Below, piece after piece: positions 1-9,665 of a stretch of DNA of 64,000 nucleotides (position 1 is its first letter; every line of letters starts with the position of its first letter). The DNA is from an uncultured Gemmatimonadales bacterium (GTDB lineage: Bacteria > Gemmatimonadota > Gemmatimonadetes > Longimicrobiales > Gaopeijiaceae): the NCBI GenBank assembly GCA_963809895.1, contig CAWELD010000003.1, positions 2,176,001 to 2,240,000 on the forward strand. Reading direction: 5' to 3'. A model generated the notes under the pieces. That model was given only the letters and a program-made list of their open reading frames with translations. It was not told the origin of the DNA and ran no database searches. Position numbers and translations under genes: made by a program.

Positions 1-1700
1 CCCCCGCCGTCGCGGGCCGCTGCAGGAGCGCGGCCCCCACGGCGAACATGGCCCCCATGCAGCACCGCCAGCCCCGCCAGCACGCGCAGGGCGTCGCGGC
101 CCAGCGAATGGTCCGGCGCCAGACCGGTCGCCGCGCGCTGGCGGCGCCAGCCGGGCCCGGCCGGCCGCACCTTGCGGTAGAACGCCTCCAGGCGCTCCTC
201 GGTCTCCGGCGCCGTCAGCAGCATGACCGGGAGCCAGATCGCCACCGAGACCCCCGAGGTGACCAGGAGCCGGAGGCCGAAGTCGGAGATCTGCAGCACC
301 GGCACCACCGAGGTGGCCAGCCCCACCGCGAAGCCCGCCAGCATGGCCGCGAGCTCGGCCCAGGCGTTGATGCGCCACCAGAACCAGCGCAGGATCAGCA
401 CCAGCCCCGGGCCCGTGCCCACGGCGATGATGAGACGGAACAGCGTGGTGACGTTCTCGCTGTTGAAGGCGGCCAGGGCGCCCAGGGCGGTGACCACGAC
501 CGACGCCACCCGGCCCGCCAGCACCAGCTCGGCGGAGCCCGCCTCGGGCCTCAGGAAGCGTGCGTAGATGTCGCTGGTGAGGTACGAGGCGCTCCAGTTG
601 ATGGTGGTGGACACCGTGCTCATGAAGGCCGCCACCAGCGACGCCACCACCAGGCCCAGCACGCCGGGAGAGAGGAAGTCCAGCATGAGTCGGGGATACC
701 CCAGCTCCCGGTCGGACAGGTCCGGATAGAGGACCACCGCGGCCAGCGCCACCAGCACCCAGGGCCAGGTGCGCACCACGTAGTGCAGCAGGTTGAAGAG
801 CCAGGCCGCGCGCTCGGCGTCGTCCTCGCTGCGCACCGAAGCCAGCCGCTGCACGAACTCGCCGCCCCCGTCGGAGCGGCGGAAGGACCACCACTGGAGT
901 CCCACGTACGCCAGGAAGGTCGACGCGCTGATGCCGGCGCCGGCGGCCCAGGCGATGCGGAATCCCCCACGCCATTCCAGCGGGGTGAAGGCCAGCAGAT
1001 CCACGCCGCCGACGGCGCGGGCCTGCTCCACCAGCGCCCCCAGTCCCCCCACGTGCCCCACGGCGGCCCACGCCACCACCACCGCCCCCAGCATCCCCAG
1101 AACGAACTGGAGGAAGTCGGTCACGACCACGCCCCAGAGCCCCGCCACCCCGGCGTAGATCAGCACGAAGACGCTCACGCCCATCACGATCCACAGGCGG
1201 GCGTCGGAGCCCTGGGCCTGGATGCCCAACGCCGGCAGGACGCCCAGCGCGTCCACCACCTTGACCATGGCCAGCATGGCCAACCCCAGGGCGATGGCTC
1301 CCAGCACCACGGCGAACAGGAAGGCCTTCACGGCCCGGAGCACCGCCGCGGGACGCCCTCCGTAGCGCAGCTCGCTCATCTCGTTGTCGGTGACCACCTC
1401 GGCGCGGCGCCACAGGCGGGCGAAGACGTAGAGGAGCACCATGTGGGCCACCGCGAAGCTCCACCATTCCCAGTTGCCGGCGATGCCCCGGCTCCCCACC
1501 ACGCCCGCCACGTAGAGCGGGGTGTCGATGGAGAAGGTGGTGGCGGCCATGGAGGTCCCGGCCAGCCACCAGGGCAGGGTGCGGCCGCCCACGAAGAAGT
1601 CCACCATGCTGCCCGATGCGCGTCGGGCCAGCGCCACGCCCACGGCCAGGGTGGCGATCAGGTAGATCGCCACCACCCACAGGTCGAGGCGGGTCAGCAC
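1..1700 (-). CDS. Sodium:solute symporter (SSS) family protein; 3' end runs off the window
   Basis: Not in the ORF track because it has no stop in the window. Manual minus-strand translation from GTG at 1700 gives LTRLDLWVVAIYL..DFFVGGRTLPWWLAGTSMAATTFSIDTPL..GLWGVVVTDFLQF..AAFMSTVSTTINWSASYL, which are typical SSS motifs with many TM helices. Confidence 0.9.
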   Translation of the reverse strand, partial: MLTRLDLWVVAIYLIATLAVGVALARRASGSMVDFFVGGRTLPWWLAGTSMAATTFSIDTPLYVAGVVGSRGIAGNWEWWSFAVAHMVLLYVFARLWRRAEVVTDNEMSELRYGGRPAAVLRAVKAFLFAVVLGAIALGLAMLAMVKVVDALGVLPALGIQAQGSDARLWIVMGVSVFVLIYAGVAGLWGVVVTDFLQFVLGMLGAVVVAWAAVGHVGGLGALVEQARAVGGVDLLAFTPLEWRGGFRIAWAAGAGISASTFLAYVGLQWWSFRRSDGGGEFVQRLASVRSEDDAERAAWLFNLLHYVVRTWPWVLVALAAVVLYPDLSDRELGYPRLMLDFLSPGVLGLVVASLVAAFMSTVSTTINWSASYLTSDIYARFLRPEAGSAELVLAGRVASVVVTALGALAAFNSENVTTLFRLIIAVGTGPGLVLILRWFWWRINAWAELAAMLAGFAVGLATSVVPVLQISDFGLRLLVTSGVSVAIWLPVMLLTAPETEERLEAFYRKVRPAGPGWRRQRAATGLAPDHSLGRDALRVLAGLAVLHGGHVRRGGRAPAAARDGG

Positions 1701-1707
1701 GGGCGCC

Positions 1708-3160
1708 TCACCGGCGGCCGGCCAGCAGCGAGGCGGCGGCCTCCTGCATGAGGGGCTCCCCACCCCACGCCACCGTCACCGGCACCCCGTCGGGGATGTC
1801 GACCCGCCGCAGGGGATCGCCGAACAGCACGACGCCCACGGGCCGGCCACGCGTGCGCGCCTCGGCCACGAGCGTGGCAACCCGGGCGCGGGCCGCCTCG
1901 GAGAGCGCGGCGCGTCCCTTCCAGCCCCGGGGCTCGGCGAAGACCGCGATCAGGAGCCGATCCGCCTCGTCGTCCACCTCGATCCCCGCAGGGCCCAGCG
2001 CCTCGAGGAAGGCGTCCCGCGACCGGCGGGGGCCAGGGGCCTCCCAGGTCGTCGTCCACCACGGCCAGCGCCGCGCGGGGGGTGAGGTCGGGCCAGCCTT
2101 CGGGCACGCGCACGCAGGCTCGGGCCCAGGCGCGGGCGCGATCCAGGTCTTCGACGCGGCCCCACCCGGCGGGACGCGAGGCCGGATCCCGCGTGGGCTC
2201 ACGGCCATCCCCCGCCGCCGACGTCAGATCCGCCACCCGCGCCAGCGCGGCGTCCACCGCATCGTCGAGAAGCTCACCCCGCCCCACGGCCCGCTCCAGA
2301 GCGCGGGCTGCCTCCACCGGATCCGGCGGGTAGAGGAGCGCGTCCACACCTGCCCCCACCGCCTCCACCACCGCGGTCTCCAGCGAGTCCCCCACCCCCT
2401 GCATGATGAGGGCGTCGCTGGCCACCACGCCCTGGAAGCCCAGGCGCTCACGGAGCAGCCCCGTGATGATCACCCGGGAGCGAGTCGCTGGCCGGCCCGA
2501 AGGATCCAGCGCCGGATAGGCCACGTGGGCGGTCATGACCGAGGGCACACCGGCGGCGAGGGCGGCCCGGAAGGGCTCCAGCTCCGCGTCCAGCTCGGCT
2601 GCCGTGGCGTGCACGGTGGGGAGCGTGGCGTGGGAGTCCTCCAGCGTGCGGCCGTGCCCGGGAAAGTGCTTCGCGCACGTGAGGGCGCCCTCGCCGGCCG
2701 CCCCGGCGATCCAGGCGCTCACCCCCCGGGTCGCCTCGGCCGCGGTCCGGCCCAACGCCCGCGTGCCCACGATGGGATTGTCGGGCTCCACCGCCACGTC
2801 GGCCACGGGCGCGTACAGCCAATCCACGCCCATGGCGCGGGCCTCGCGGGCGGTGACGGCCGCGGCCTCGCGCACCACCTCGGGACCGAGACCAGCCAGC
2901 GCCAGGGCGGGCGGCAGCGGGGTGGCTCCCCGGAACTGCTGGCCGGCGCCCCGCTCGAGGTCTGCGCCGAAGAGGAGTGGGCGGCCCGCGCGCTCTCGCA
3001 GCTCACGGACCGTGTCCGCCGCCGCCTCCGCGTCGCCCCCGAAGAAGAGGAATCCCCCGACACCCGACTCCAGGAGCCTGTCCAGCGCGGGATCGTCCAG
3101 GCCGTAGCCCCGGTCCGGCGACCAGCGCAGGGCCGGGAAGACGAGACCTCCCGCTCTCAC
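1708..3160 (-). CDS. Glycoside hydrolase family 3 (beta-N-acetylhexosaminidase/NagZ-like), with one frameshift near 2024
   Basis: Motifs ADLERGAGQQ, APVADV, KHFPGHG..DSH, MTAHV and SDALIM. The GTG start overlaps the upstream TGA (GTGA at 3157-3160). The C-terminal domain (SRDAFLEALG..AWGGEPLMQEAAA) continues in the frame of ORF 1708..2208. Confidence 0.85.
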
Positions 3161-4254
3161 CCGGGCCCCGGACCGGCGCCGATGCTGTCGGAGAGGTTCT
3201 CCGAAAAGAACTGGAAGACCGACTCCTCGAAGCGCTCCCGCACGCCGCGCACGTGCCCTCCGCCGAACTCGTGGAGGGCGTGGGGCACGTCGTGGGCGCG
3301 GAGTGCTTCGCTGAAGCCCTGGGCTTCGGTGACCAGGGGATCGTTGCGCCCCACCTCGATGACCAAGGGCAGCTCGCGGAGCGCCGCCGCCCGGGCATCG
3401 AGCTGGTTCACCAGGGCGCTGGCCTCCCACAGGGGCCAGATTTCGGGATCCCGGGCCAGATGATCGCCCTCGCGCACCCAGGGCAGGCGCGCGTAGAAGG
3501 GCGGTCGCGTGGGATCGGGAGCGAAGGCGGCGGCCTTGGCCCACAGCACCCGCTCCACCGGCCCCGCCAGATCCAGCGCGTCGGGATCCGTGACCGCCAG
3601 CGCCGCTTCCATGCCGGGGATGCCGAAGGGGTTGGTGCTCACCAGGTTCACGGGAGAGAGCGCCATGGCGGCCCCGAAGACGCCCGGATACCACATGGCC
3701 ACCCGCAAGGTGCCGTAGCCCCCCATGGACTGTCCCGCCAGCCCCCGCGCCCAGGGCTCGGGCACGGTCCGATACGCACGGTCCACCCAGGCGACCAGGT
3801 CGCGGGCGATGAAGTCGGTCCAGCGGCCCGTGGCCGAGGAGTTGGCGTACCAGCTTCCGCCGTACCGCGTGCGCGCGTCGGGCATGACCACGATGAACTC
3901 GTCGATCTCACCCCGATCCACCAGCGAATCCAGGGTGAGCGCCAGGTTCATGCCCTCGTAGCCGTCGGCGCCCAGCCAGCTCGCGGGCCCCGCCCCGAAG
4001 GCGTGCAGCAGGTAGACGACGGGAAAGCGCCGGTCCTCGTCCTCGTCGTAGGAGGGCGGAAGGTAGACGAGGGCGGGCCGCACGGCGTCTTCGCGCAGCA
4101 GGTTGCCCCGGAGCGACGGACCCGGCACCCGGGCCTCTTCGAGGCGGCCCTGCAGGGCCCGGCGCGGCGTGCCCGTGGGCAGCCCCGTAGAGGGCGTCAG
4201 GAGCAGGGCGGCGGCCAGGACGGCGCCGATCCGCGGAAAGGTCGATGAGATCAT
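3157..4254 (-). CDS. Secreted alpha/beta-hydrolase (putative esterase)
   Basis: Signal-peptide-like N-terminus, VYLPPSY..FPVVYLLH, nucleophile elbow GQSMGG, and C-terminal GGH. Confidence 0.85.
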   Translation of the reverse strand: MISSTFPRIGAVLAAALLLTPSTGLPTGTPRRALQGRLEEARVPGPSLRGNLLREDAVRPALVYLPPSYDEDEDRRFPVVYLLHAFGAGPASWLGADGYEGMNLALTLDSLVDRGEIDEFIVVMPDARTRYGGSWYANSSATGRWTDFIARDLVAWVDRAYRTVPEPWARGLAGQSMGGYGTLRVAMWYPGVFGAAMALSPVNLVSTNPFGIPGMEAALAVTDPDALDLAGPVERVLWAKAAAFAPDPTRPPFYARLPWVREGDHLARDPEIWPLWEASALVNQLDARAAALRELPLVIEVGRNDPLVTEAQGFSEALRAHDVPHALHEFGGGHVRGVRERFEESVFQFFSENLSDSIGAGPGPG

Positions 4255-4286
4255 GGCAGCAACCTATCGCCGCGGCGTCGTCGGGA

Positions 4287-4778
4287 CTACACGTCCGGGT
4301 CCGGCGGCCCGTGGGCTGCGATGATCTCCCGGGACAGGGCCTCCAGAAGCGGGGCCGCGTGGGCCAGCATCTCCACCTCGGCGCGCGATCGGCCGCTCAG
4401 GACTTCGCGCAGCGCCCGCAGGCGCCGCAGCCTGCCCTCGTGCAACACGCGCTCGCCCTCGTCCGTGGCGTGCAGCAGCCACGCGCGGCCGTCGGAGGGG
4501 TCCTGCTCGCGCCGCACCAGGCCGTCGGCCTCGAGTCCCTTCACCAGCCGGGACATGGTGGCCGCCGTGACCTGCTCGGCCGCGGCGAGGGCGGTGATGC
4601 GCAGCGGTCCACCGAAGACCACCACCGACAGCGCCGACAACCGGGGCGCCGTGAGCCCCGACGCGGAGTCCTCGACCCGCAGGGCGCGCAGCAGGTGGAT
4701 CGCCGCCGAGTGCAGGCGGTCGGCGATGGCGTCGACGTCTCGCTCCCCGCCAGGCTCTTGCGATGTGGAGTGGCCCAT
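4287..4778 (-). CDS. MarR family transcriptional regulator
   Basis: LTAPRLSALSVV..ITALAAAEQVTAATMSRLVKGLEADGLVRREQDPSDGRAWLLHATDEG winged-HTH pattern. Confidence 0.9.
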   Translation of the reverse strand: MGHSTSQEPGGERDVDAIADRLHSAAIHLLRALRVEDSASGLTAPRLSALSVVVFGGPLRITALAAAEQVTAATMSRLVKGLEADGLVRREQDPSDGRAWLLHATDEGERVLHEGRLRRLRALREVLSGRSRAEVEMLAHAAPLLEALSREIIAAHGPPDPDV

Positions 4779-4781
4779 GGC

Positions 4782-4806
4782 ATTTATTTAGCCGGGCTAA
4801 CTAAAT
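4782..4806. promoter_or_regulatory. Probable MarR operator between the divergent marR and VOC genes
   Basis: AT-rich near-perfect palindrome ATTTA-T-TTAGCC-G-GGCTAA-C-TAAAT in the 55-bp divergent gap. Confidence 0.65.
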
Positions 4807-4833
4807 TCGTCAACTCGATGAAGGAGGAGTGGC

Positions 4834-5214
4834 ATGACCGCGGGTGCGCAACTCGAAGGCGTCGGCCAGATCGCGGTGCCGGTGGACGACGTGGAACGCT
4901 CGCTGACGTTCTATCGGGACGTGCTGGGGCTGCCGTTCCTGTTCCAGGCACCGGGACTGGCCTTCTTCGACGGAGGCGGCGTGCGAATCATGTTCTCGCG
5001 GCCCGAGGGAGACGAAGCCGTGTACCCTCCCCTGCTCTACTACCGCACCCGCGACCTGGCCGGGGCCCACGCGCATCTGGGGTCTCAGGGGGTGTCGGTG
5101 GTCTCCGAGCCGCACGTGGTGCACCGCGACGACCGGCACGAGCTGCACATGGGCTTCTACCGGGACCCGGACGGGCACCTGTTCGGGCTCATGCAGGAGA
5201 TGCCGGTGGAGTGA
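4834..5214 (+). CDS. VOC/glyoxalase family protein
   Basis: GQIAVPVDDVERSLTFYRDVLGL..FYRDPDGHLFGLM, with RBS AGGAGG upstream. Confidence 0.9.
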   Translation: MTAGAQLEGVGQIAVPVDDVERSLTFYRDVLGLPFLFQAPGLAFFDGGGVRIMFSRPEGDEAVYPPLLYYRTRDLAGAHAHLGSQGVSVVSEPHVVHRDDRHELHMGFYRDPDGHLFGLMQEMPVE

Positions 5215-5240
5215 GGACCCCTTCGACGGCCGGCACCCCC

Positions 5241-5280
5241 CCGAGCGAAGCCGCTCACGAGACCGCGCGATATCGCTCGC
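5241..5280. promoter_or_regulatory. Tandem enhancer-like inverted repeats (candidate bEBP UAS)
   Basis: CCGAGCG-AAGC-CGCTCAC (5241-5258) and CCGCGCG-ATAT-CGCTCGC (5263-5280), 22 bp apart and ~90-125 bp upstream of a sigma-54-like promoter. The same motif recurs at 6705-6773. Confidence 0.55.
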
Positions 5281-5367
5281 TCCGGGGTGTGGACGGCGCC
5301 GCAGCCGAGCCTGATCACATACCTTAACTCCATATCCCACATCGTCTTGTAGCATTCCGCGCCGATC

Positions 5368-5382
5368 TGGCATCGCCCTTGT
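5368..5382 (+). promoter_or_regulatory. Sigma-54 (-24/-12) promoter candidate
   Basis: TGGCAT-CGCCC-TTGT (GG-N10-GT), ~55 bp upstream of the ATG at 5438. Confidence 0.55.
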
Positions 5383-5437
5383 ACTTCCATGAGGCCAGAA
5401 CGGACCCCACGACGGGATCCCTCACGCGGAGGACAAG

Positions 5438-6622
5438 ATGATCACCGAGACGACTTTCCGGACCGAACAACCCACCGAGACCCCGCTGCTCCTGAGGAGC
5501 ATCGGGCTCACCGGTCGGGTCGCGGTAAGCTGGACCATGGCGGGTGGCCTCCTTCTGGGCGGCGTGCTCGTCGCCGTGATGACGCTGGCCGGACGGCTGA
5601 GCGGACACGGCATCCTCGTCACTTCTACCGGCCTCTTCGTCATCGGCGCCCTGCTCGGGGCCCTGCACGGCAGCGTGCTGGGCATCCTGGGGCGCCCGTC
5701 CGACGTGAGCCGCAATGAGGCGCTCCACGCCCTGGGTCGCTCGGCCCTCTACGGCGTGCCCGGAGCCGCCGTCGCCTGGCTGGCCACGGTGTGGATCGCC
5801 ATGTCCATGGTGGCGGGCTATCTCGGCCGTCTGGGGCCCAAGATCCTGGTGGGAGGCGCCTGGGCCGTGGGTGCGGTCATGGTCCTCACCGCCGCCTTCC
5901 ACGGCTTCCGTGCGCTGCGCTACGCCTACGCCCGCTGGCCGGAGCGTGAGCTGGGCACGGCGCTGGTGGCCGCCAGCTTCGCCTCGCTTCTCATGGTGTT
6001 CCTGGCCGACCGGCCCACGCTGTGGCTGCTGCGGCTGCGCGTGACCGACGTCGGCGCCGTGCTGCTGGCCGCCCTGGTGGCCATCTGGGTCGCCGGCCCG
6101 CTGGTGACGCTGGCGCTGCGCCTGGTGAAGCAGCTCCCCGGTCGGGCACGGGCGACGGCGCGCGTCGCCGATCGCACCACCCTGGCCGACATCGGTGTCG
6201 GGCTCCTGGTGGGCGTGGTGGTCGGCCTGCTGGCGGTCCCCTTCGCCGGCCCGGCAGCCGGCCTGGTCGCCGGTGGCGTGGGTGGCTCGGTGGTGGCGGT
6301 GGCCCAGGCCGTGGTCAACGAGGTCCTGCTGCGGCTGGTGCTCCTCACCGGGCTGGCCTGGGTGATCCTCCGTTGGCGCCGCGTGCAGGCCGAAGAGGCC
6401 GCCGTCCTGGCCGTCACCGGAGTGGCCGTGGCCCAGGTCCTTCTCTACCTGCCGGGTGTGGTCGCCGCCGGATTCCCCTCGACGCTGGCCGCCGTGACCT
6501 TCATCGGCGCCGCCATCCTCCTGCCCGCCCTGGTCTTCGGAGCGGTCTTCTGGACGCGCGGTCTGACGGCCGCCCTGGTGGCCGACGTCACCGCCGCCCT
6601 GGCCCTCCTCCTCTTCATCTGA
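5438..6622 (+). CDS. Multi-pass membrane protein; C-terminal half resembles a degenerate CPBP/Abi intramembrane protease domain
   Basis: About 10-11 hydrophobic segments and RBS GGAGGA. NEVLLRL, QVLLYLP and [10 protein letters not shown] occupy the positions of the CPBP motifs EExxxR, FxxxH and HxxxD/N. Confidence 0.75.
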   Translation: MITETTFRTEQPTETPLLLRSIGLTGRVAVSWTMAGGLLLGGVLVAVMTLAGRLSGHGILVTSTGLFVIGALLGALHGSVLGILGRPSDVSRNEALHALGRSALYGVPGAAVAWLATVWIAMSMVAGYLGRLGPKILVGGAWAVGAVMVLTAAFHGFRALRYAYARWPERELGTALVAASFASLLMVFLADRPTLWLLRLRVTDVGAVLLAALVAIWVAGPLVTLALRLVKQLPGRARATARVADRTTLADIGVGLLVGVVVGLLAVPFAGPAAGLVAGGVGGSVVAVAQAVVNEVLLRLVLLTGLAWVILRWRRVQAEEAAVLAVTGVAVAQVLLYLPGVVAAGFPSTLAAVTFIGAAILLPALVFGAVFWTRGLTAALVADVTAALALLLFI

Positions 6623-6660
6623 CATCGGGGCCGAAAGGGTGGAGCAACGCTTCTCCGCGG

Positions 6661-6689
6661 GGGCCGTGGGACGCACCGTCCCACGGCCC
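6661..6689 (+). terminator. GC-rich hairpin downstream of the membrane protein gene
   Basis: GGGCCGTGGGACG-CAC-CGTCCCACGGCCC, a 13-bp perfect stem with no U-tract. Confidence 0.45.
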
Positions 6690-6704
6690 TGCGGCCGTTC
6701 TGGT

Positions 6705-6773
6705 GTGAGCGCTGGCGCTCACCGCGCTGTTTCGCTCACTGCAAGTGCGTGTCCCGTGCGCACTTTCGCTCAC
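6705..6773. promoter_or_regulatory. Three copies of a GTGMGCG-N4-CGCTCAC-like inverted repeat upstream of the two-component operon
   Basis: GTGAGCG-CTGG-CGCTCAC (6705), CCGCGCT-GTTT-CGCTCAC (6722) and GTGCGCA-CTTT-CGCTCAC (6756). Confidence 0.55.
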
Positions 6774-6884
6774 AAGCCCTGAGAATCCCTTGACCCACGC
6801 GGCTTTCCGGTGAGAATTCATCGTACGGGTTTCGTGCCCCTCCCCACGCGATCCGGAGCGTCCACACCGGCCCGAGAGGCCCAC

Positions 6885-8342
6885 GTGTTCAGGTTCGCCC
6901 GGCTTCGCTCGCTGCCTTTGCGCAGCAAGGTCGTGCTCACGGTCGTCGGCGGTACGGCGGTCGTGCTCGGCGCGGCCACGTATCTCTCCTTCCGCTACTG
7001 GGAAGAAGAGGCGCTGTCGGCCGCCGAGCAGCAGGCCGTCCTGGCCGCCACCGCCACCCGCAGCACCCTGGAGTCCGCGTTCCGCCTGGGTCGGGAAGCC
7101 ACCGTCCGCCGCTATCTGCTGGATCTCCACGACCAGGCCCCCATCGTCTCCGCACGGGTCTACGCGAGCGATGGCCGCATCCTCTACTCCGCCACTCCCG
7201 GCGAAGAGGGCCGTCGCGACGCCTCGGTCTGGATCCCCGACGCCGGCGGTCTCCCCCGCGAAGGCGTGGTGCATCCCGACCCCGATGGCGCCACGGTCCG
7301 GGTCTTCCTGCCACTGACCTCGCCCGGCGCCTCGCTCCTCGAATTGGCCTTCTCCGTGGTCCCTCTGCGCGCCGCCATGCGCCGGGGCGCCCGCCTGGGC
7401 CTGGGATTGGTCGTGGGCTCTCTCCTGGCACTGGGCCTCATCATCGGCGCCATGTTGGAGAGGGAGGTGGTGACGCCGCTGCACCGGGTCGAGGGCGCCC
7501 TGGCGGCGCGCACCGGCCAGAACGAGAGCCGGCGCGACGAGGTACGGGGCATCGAGCAATCCCTCGAGCGGCTGCTGGAGCAGGAGCGCGAGGTCGTGGC
7601 CCGGGCCCAGGAGCGCGAAGGACTCGCCGAGGTGGGCCAGCTCGCGGCCGAGATGGCCCACGAGTTCAAGCGCCCGCTGGCCTCCATCCGCTCGGCGCTG
7701 GACATGTTGCAGCAGGAGTACCAGCTGGAGACGGGAGGCCGCGAGGTCATGGCGGCGGTGAATCAGCAATTGGTGCTGTTGGCCGACACGATGCAGGACC
7801 TCTTCACGCTGGCGCGCCCCGTGGACCTCCAGGACACGGCGGTGTCGATCCCCGAGACCCTGGACGAGGCGCTCCTGGAGTTCGCTGGCCAGCCCGGCGC
7901 CGGCCGGATCCAGGTGGTGCGCCGCTACGACCCCGACATCCCCACGGTGCGGGGCGACGAGCGCCGGCTCCGTCAGGCCTTCGCCAACCTCATGGTGAAC
8001 GCCCTGGAGGCCATGCCCGAAGGAGGTACGCTCACGCTGACCGTACGCGCCACGGAACACGGGCGCATCGCCGTCACCGTGTCCGACACCGGCGTGGGGC
8101 TGGACCCCCGCGAGATCGAGCGCGCCTTCCGACCGTTCTACTCCACCAAGCCCCTGGGCACCGGACTGGGCCTGCCGCTGGTGGCCCGCATGGTCGTGGC
8201 CCACGGCGGCGACATCTGTGTGGACAGCCATCCCGGCCAGGGGACCACCATCACCATCTTTCTGCCGACGACCCCCGGTGCCGGCGGAGAGGAGGATCCA
8301 TGTCCGAAGAGCGCATTCTCGTCCTCGACGACGACGCTCTGA
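6885..8342 (+). CDS. Sensor histidine kinase (2 TM, HisKA, HATPase)
   Basis: H-box [10 protein letters not shown]-box [35 protein letters not shown] at 6885 is the likely start; the ORF is open from 6810. Confidence 0.92.
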   Translation: MFRFARLRSLPLRSKVVLTVVGGTAVVLGAATYLSFRYWEEEALSAAEQQAVLAATATRSTLESAFRLGREATVRRYLLDLHDQAPIVSARVYASDGRILYSATPGEEGRRDASVWIPDAGGLPREGVVHPDPDGATVRVFLPLTSPGASLLELAFSVVPLRAAMRRGARLGLGLVVGSLLALGLIIGAMLEREVVTPLHRVEGALAARTGQNESRRDEVRGIEQSLERLLEQEREVVARAQEREGLAEVGQLAAEMAHEFKRPLASIRSALDMLQQEYQLETGGREVMAAVNQQLVLLADTMQDLFTLARPVDLQDTAVSIPETLDEALLEFAGQPGAGRIQVVRRYDPDIPTVRGDERRLRQAFANLMVNALEAMPEGGTLTLTVRATEHGRIAVTVSDTGVGLDPREIERAFRPFYSTKPLGTGLGLPLVARMVVAHGGDICVDSHPGQGTTITIFLPTTPGAGGEEDPCPKSAFSSSTTTL

Positions 8343-9661
8343 TCCGCGACGTCCTGGCCGAGCGCCTGACGCGCCGGGGCTACCGGGTGGACAAGGCGTC
8401 CCGGCTGTCCGAGGCCCGTGAGTTCATCGGGCGCTCCACACCCGACGTGGCGCTGCTGGACGTGAAGCTCCCCGACGGCGAGGGCACCGAGCTTCTGGAG
8501 GAGCTGACCCAGGACGGCGCGGTGCCGTGCATCATGATGACCGCCCACGGCACCGTCACCTCGGCGGTGGAAGCGCTCAAGCTGGGCGCCGAGGACTTCC
8601 TGGAGAAGCCCTTCACGCCGGACCGCCTGGACACCACGCTGCGCCACGTGCTCGAGCGCACGCGCCTCAGGCGCGAGGTGCGGGCCATGCGGGAGCGGAG
8701 CAGCCTCGGCAGCACCATCGTGGGCTCGAGTCCGGCCATGAAGGAAGTGCTGGATCTCGTGCGCCGGGTGGCGTCGGCGGACACTTCGACGGTGCTGCTC
8801 CTGGGCGAGACGGGCACCGGAAAGGGCATGGTGGCCCACACCCTCCACGACCTGAGCCCCCGAGCCAAGGGACCCTTCGTCAACGTCACCTGCTCGGCCC
8901 TGGCCGAGTCCCTCATGGAATCGGAGCTCTTCGGCCACGAAAAGGGCGCCTTCACGGACGCTCGCACGCTGAAGCGAGGGCTGGTGGAGGTGGCGGCAGG
9001 CGGCACCTTGTTCCTGGACGAGATCGGCGAGCTGTCACTGGGCCTGCAGGGCAAGCTGCTGCGCTTCCTGGAGGACCGGAGCTTCCGTCGGGTGGGGGGC
9101 ACGGTGGACCTCACCGTGGATACGCGTATCATCGCCGCCACCAACCGCGACCTGGCCCGGGAAGTGGAGGAGGGGCGCTTCCGGGAGGACCTCTACTACC
9201 GGCTCCGCGTCCTTCCCGTTACCCTGCCCCCGCTCCGGCACCGACGAGGCGACGTGCGACCCCTGGTGCTGTCCTTCGTGGACACCTTCAACCGGGAGTT
9301 CGGCAAGCGTGTGCGCGAGGTGGCTCCGCAGGCGCTGGAGCTCATGGAGCACTACGCCTGGCCCGGAAACGTCCGTGAGCTGCGCAACGTGGTGGAGCGG
9401 GCGGTGCTCCTCACCGACGACGAGGTGCTCCTCCCGGAGGTGCTCCCCCCCGAGGTGCGCACGCCCGACGTGGACTCCGGCGGGGACGGCGAGATCGAGC
9501 TGGGACCCGAGGGTGTCGACCTCGAAGAACTGGAACGCCGGCTCCTCAGCGAGGCGCTGCGGCGAGCCGAAGGAAACCGTACCGAGGCGGGCCGGCTGCT
9601 GGGACTGAGCCGACACCAGATCCGCAATCGGCTGCACAAATTCGGAATGACGGATTGGTAG
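8300..9661 (+). CDS. Sigma-54-dependent response regulator (NtrC family: REC-AAA+-Fis HTH)
   Basis: LLDVKLPDG receiver, [40 protein letters not shown], and a C-terminal HTH. Confidence 0.95.
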   Translation: MSEERILVLDDDALIRDVLAERLTRRGYRVDKASRLSEAREFIGRSTPDVALLDVKLPDGEGTELLEELTQDGAVPCIMMTAHGTVTSAVEALKLGAEDFLEKPFTPDRLDTTLRHVLERTRLRREVRAMRERSSLGSTIVGSSPAMKEVLDLVRRVASADTSTVLLLGETGTGKGMVAHTLHDLSPRAKGPFVNVTCSALAESLMESELFGHEKGAFTDARTLKRGLVEVAAGGTLFLDEIGELSLGLQGKLLRFLEDRSFRRVGGTVDLTVDTRIIAATNRDLAREVEEGRFREDLYYRLRVLPVTLPPLRHRRGDVRPLVLSFVDTFNREFGKRVREVAPQALELMEHYAWPGNVRELRNVVERAVLLTDDEVLLPEVLPPEVRTPDVDSGGDGEIELGPEGVDLEELERRLLSEALRRAEGNRTEAGRLLGLSRHQIRNRLHKFGMTDW

Positions 9662-9665
9662 AGCC

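Noticed and set aside
48..3463. Long plus-strand ORFs 48..1751 and 1616..3463
   Set aside because: Antisense shadows of the SSS and GH3 genes; low-complexity R/G/A/H-rich translations typical of high-GC DNA.
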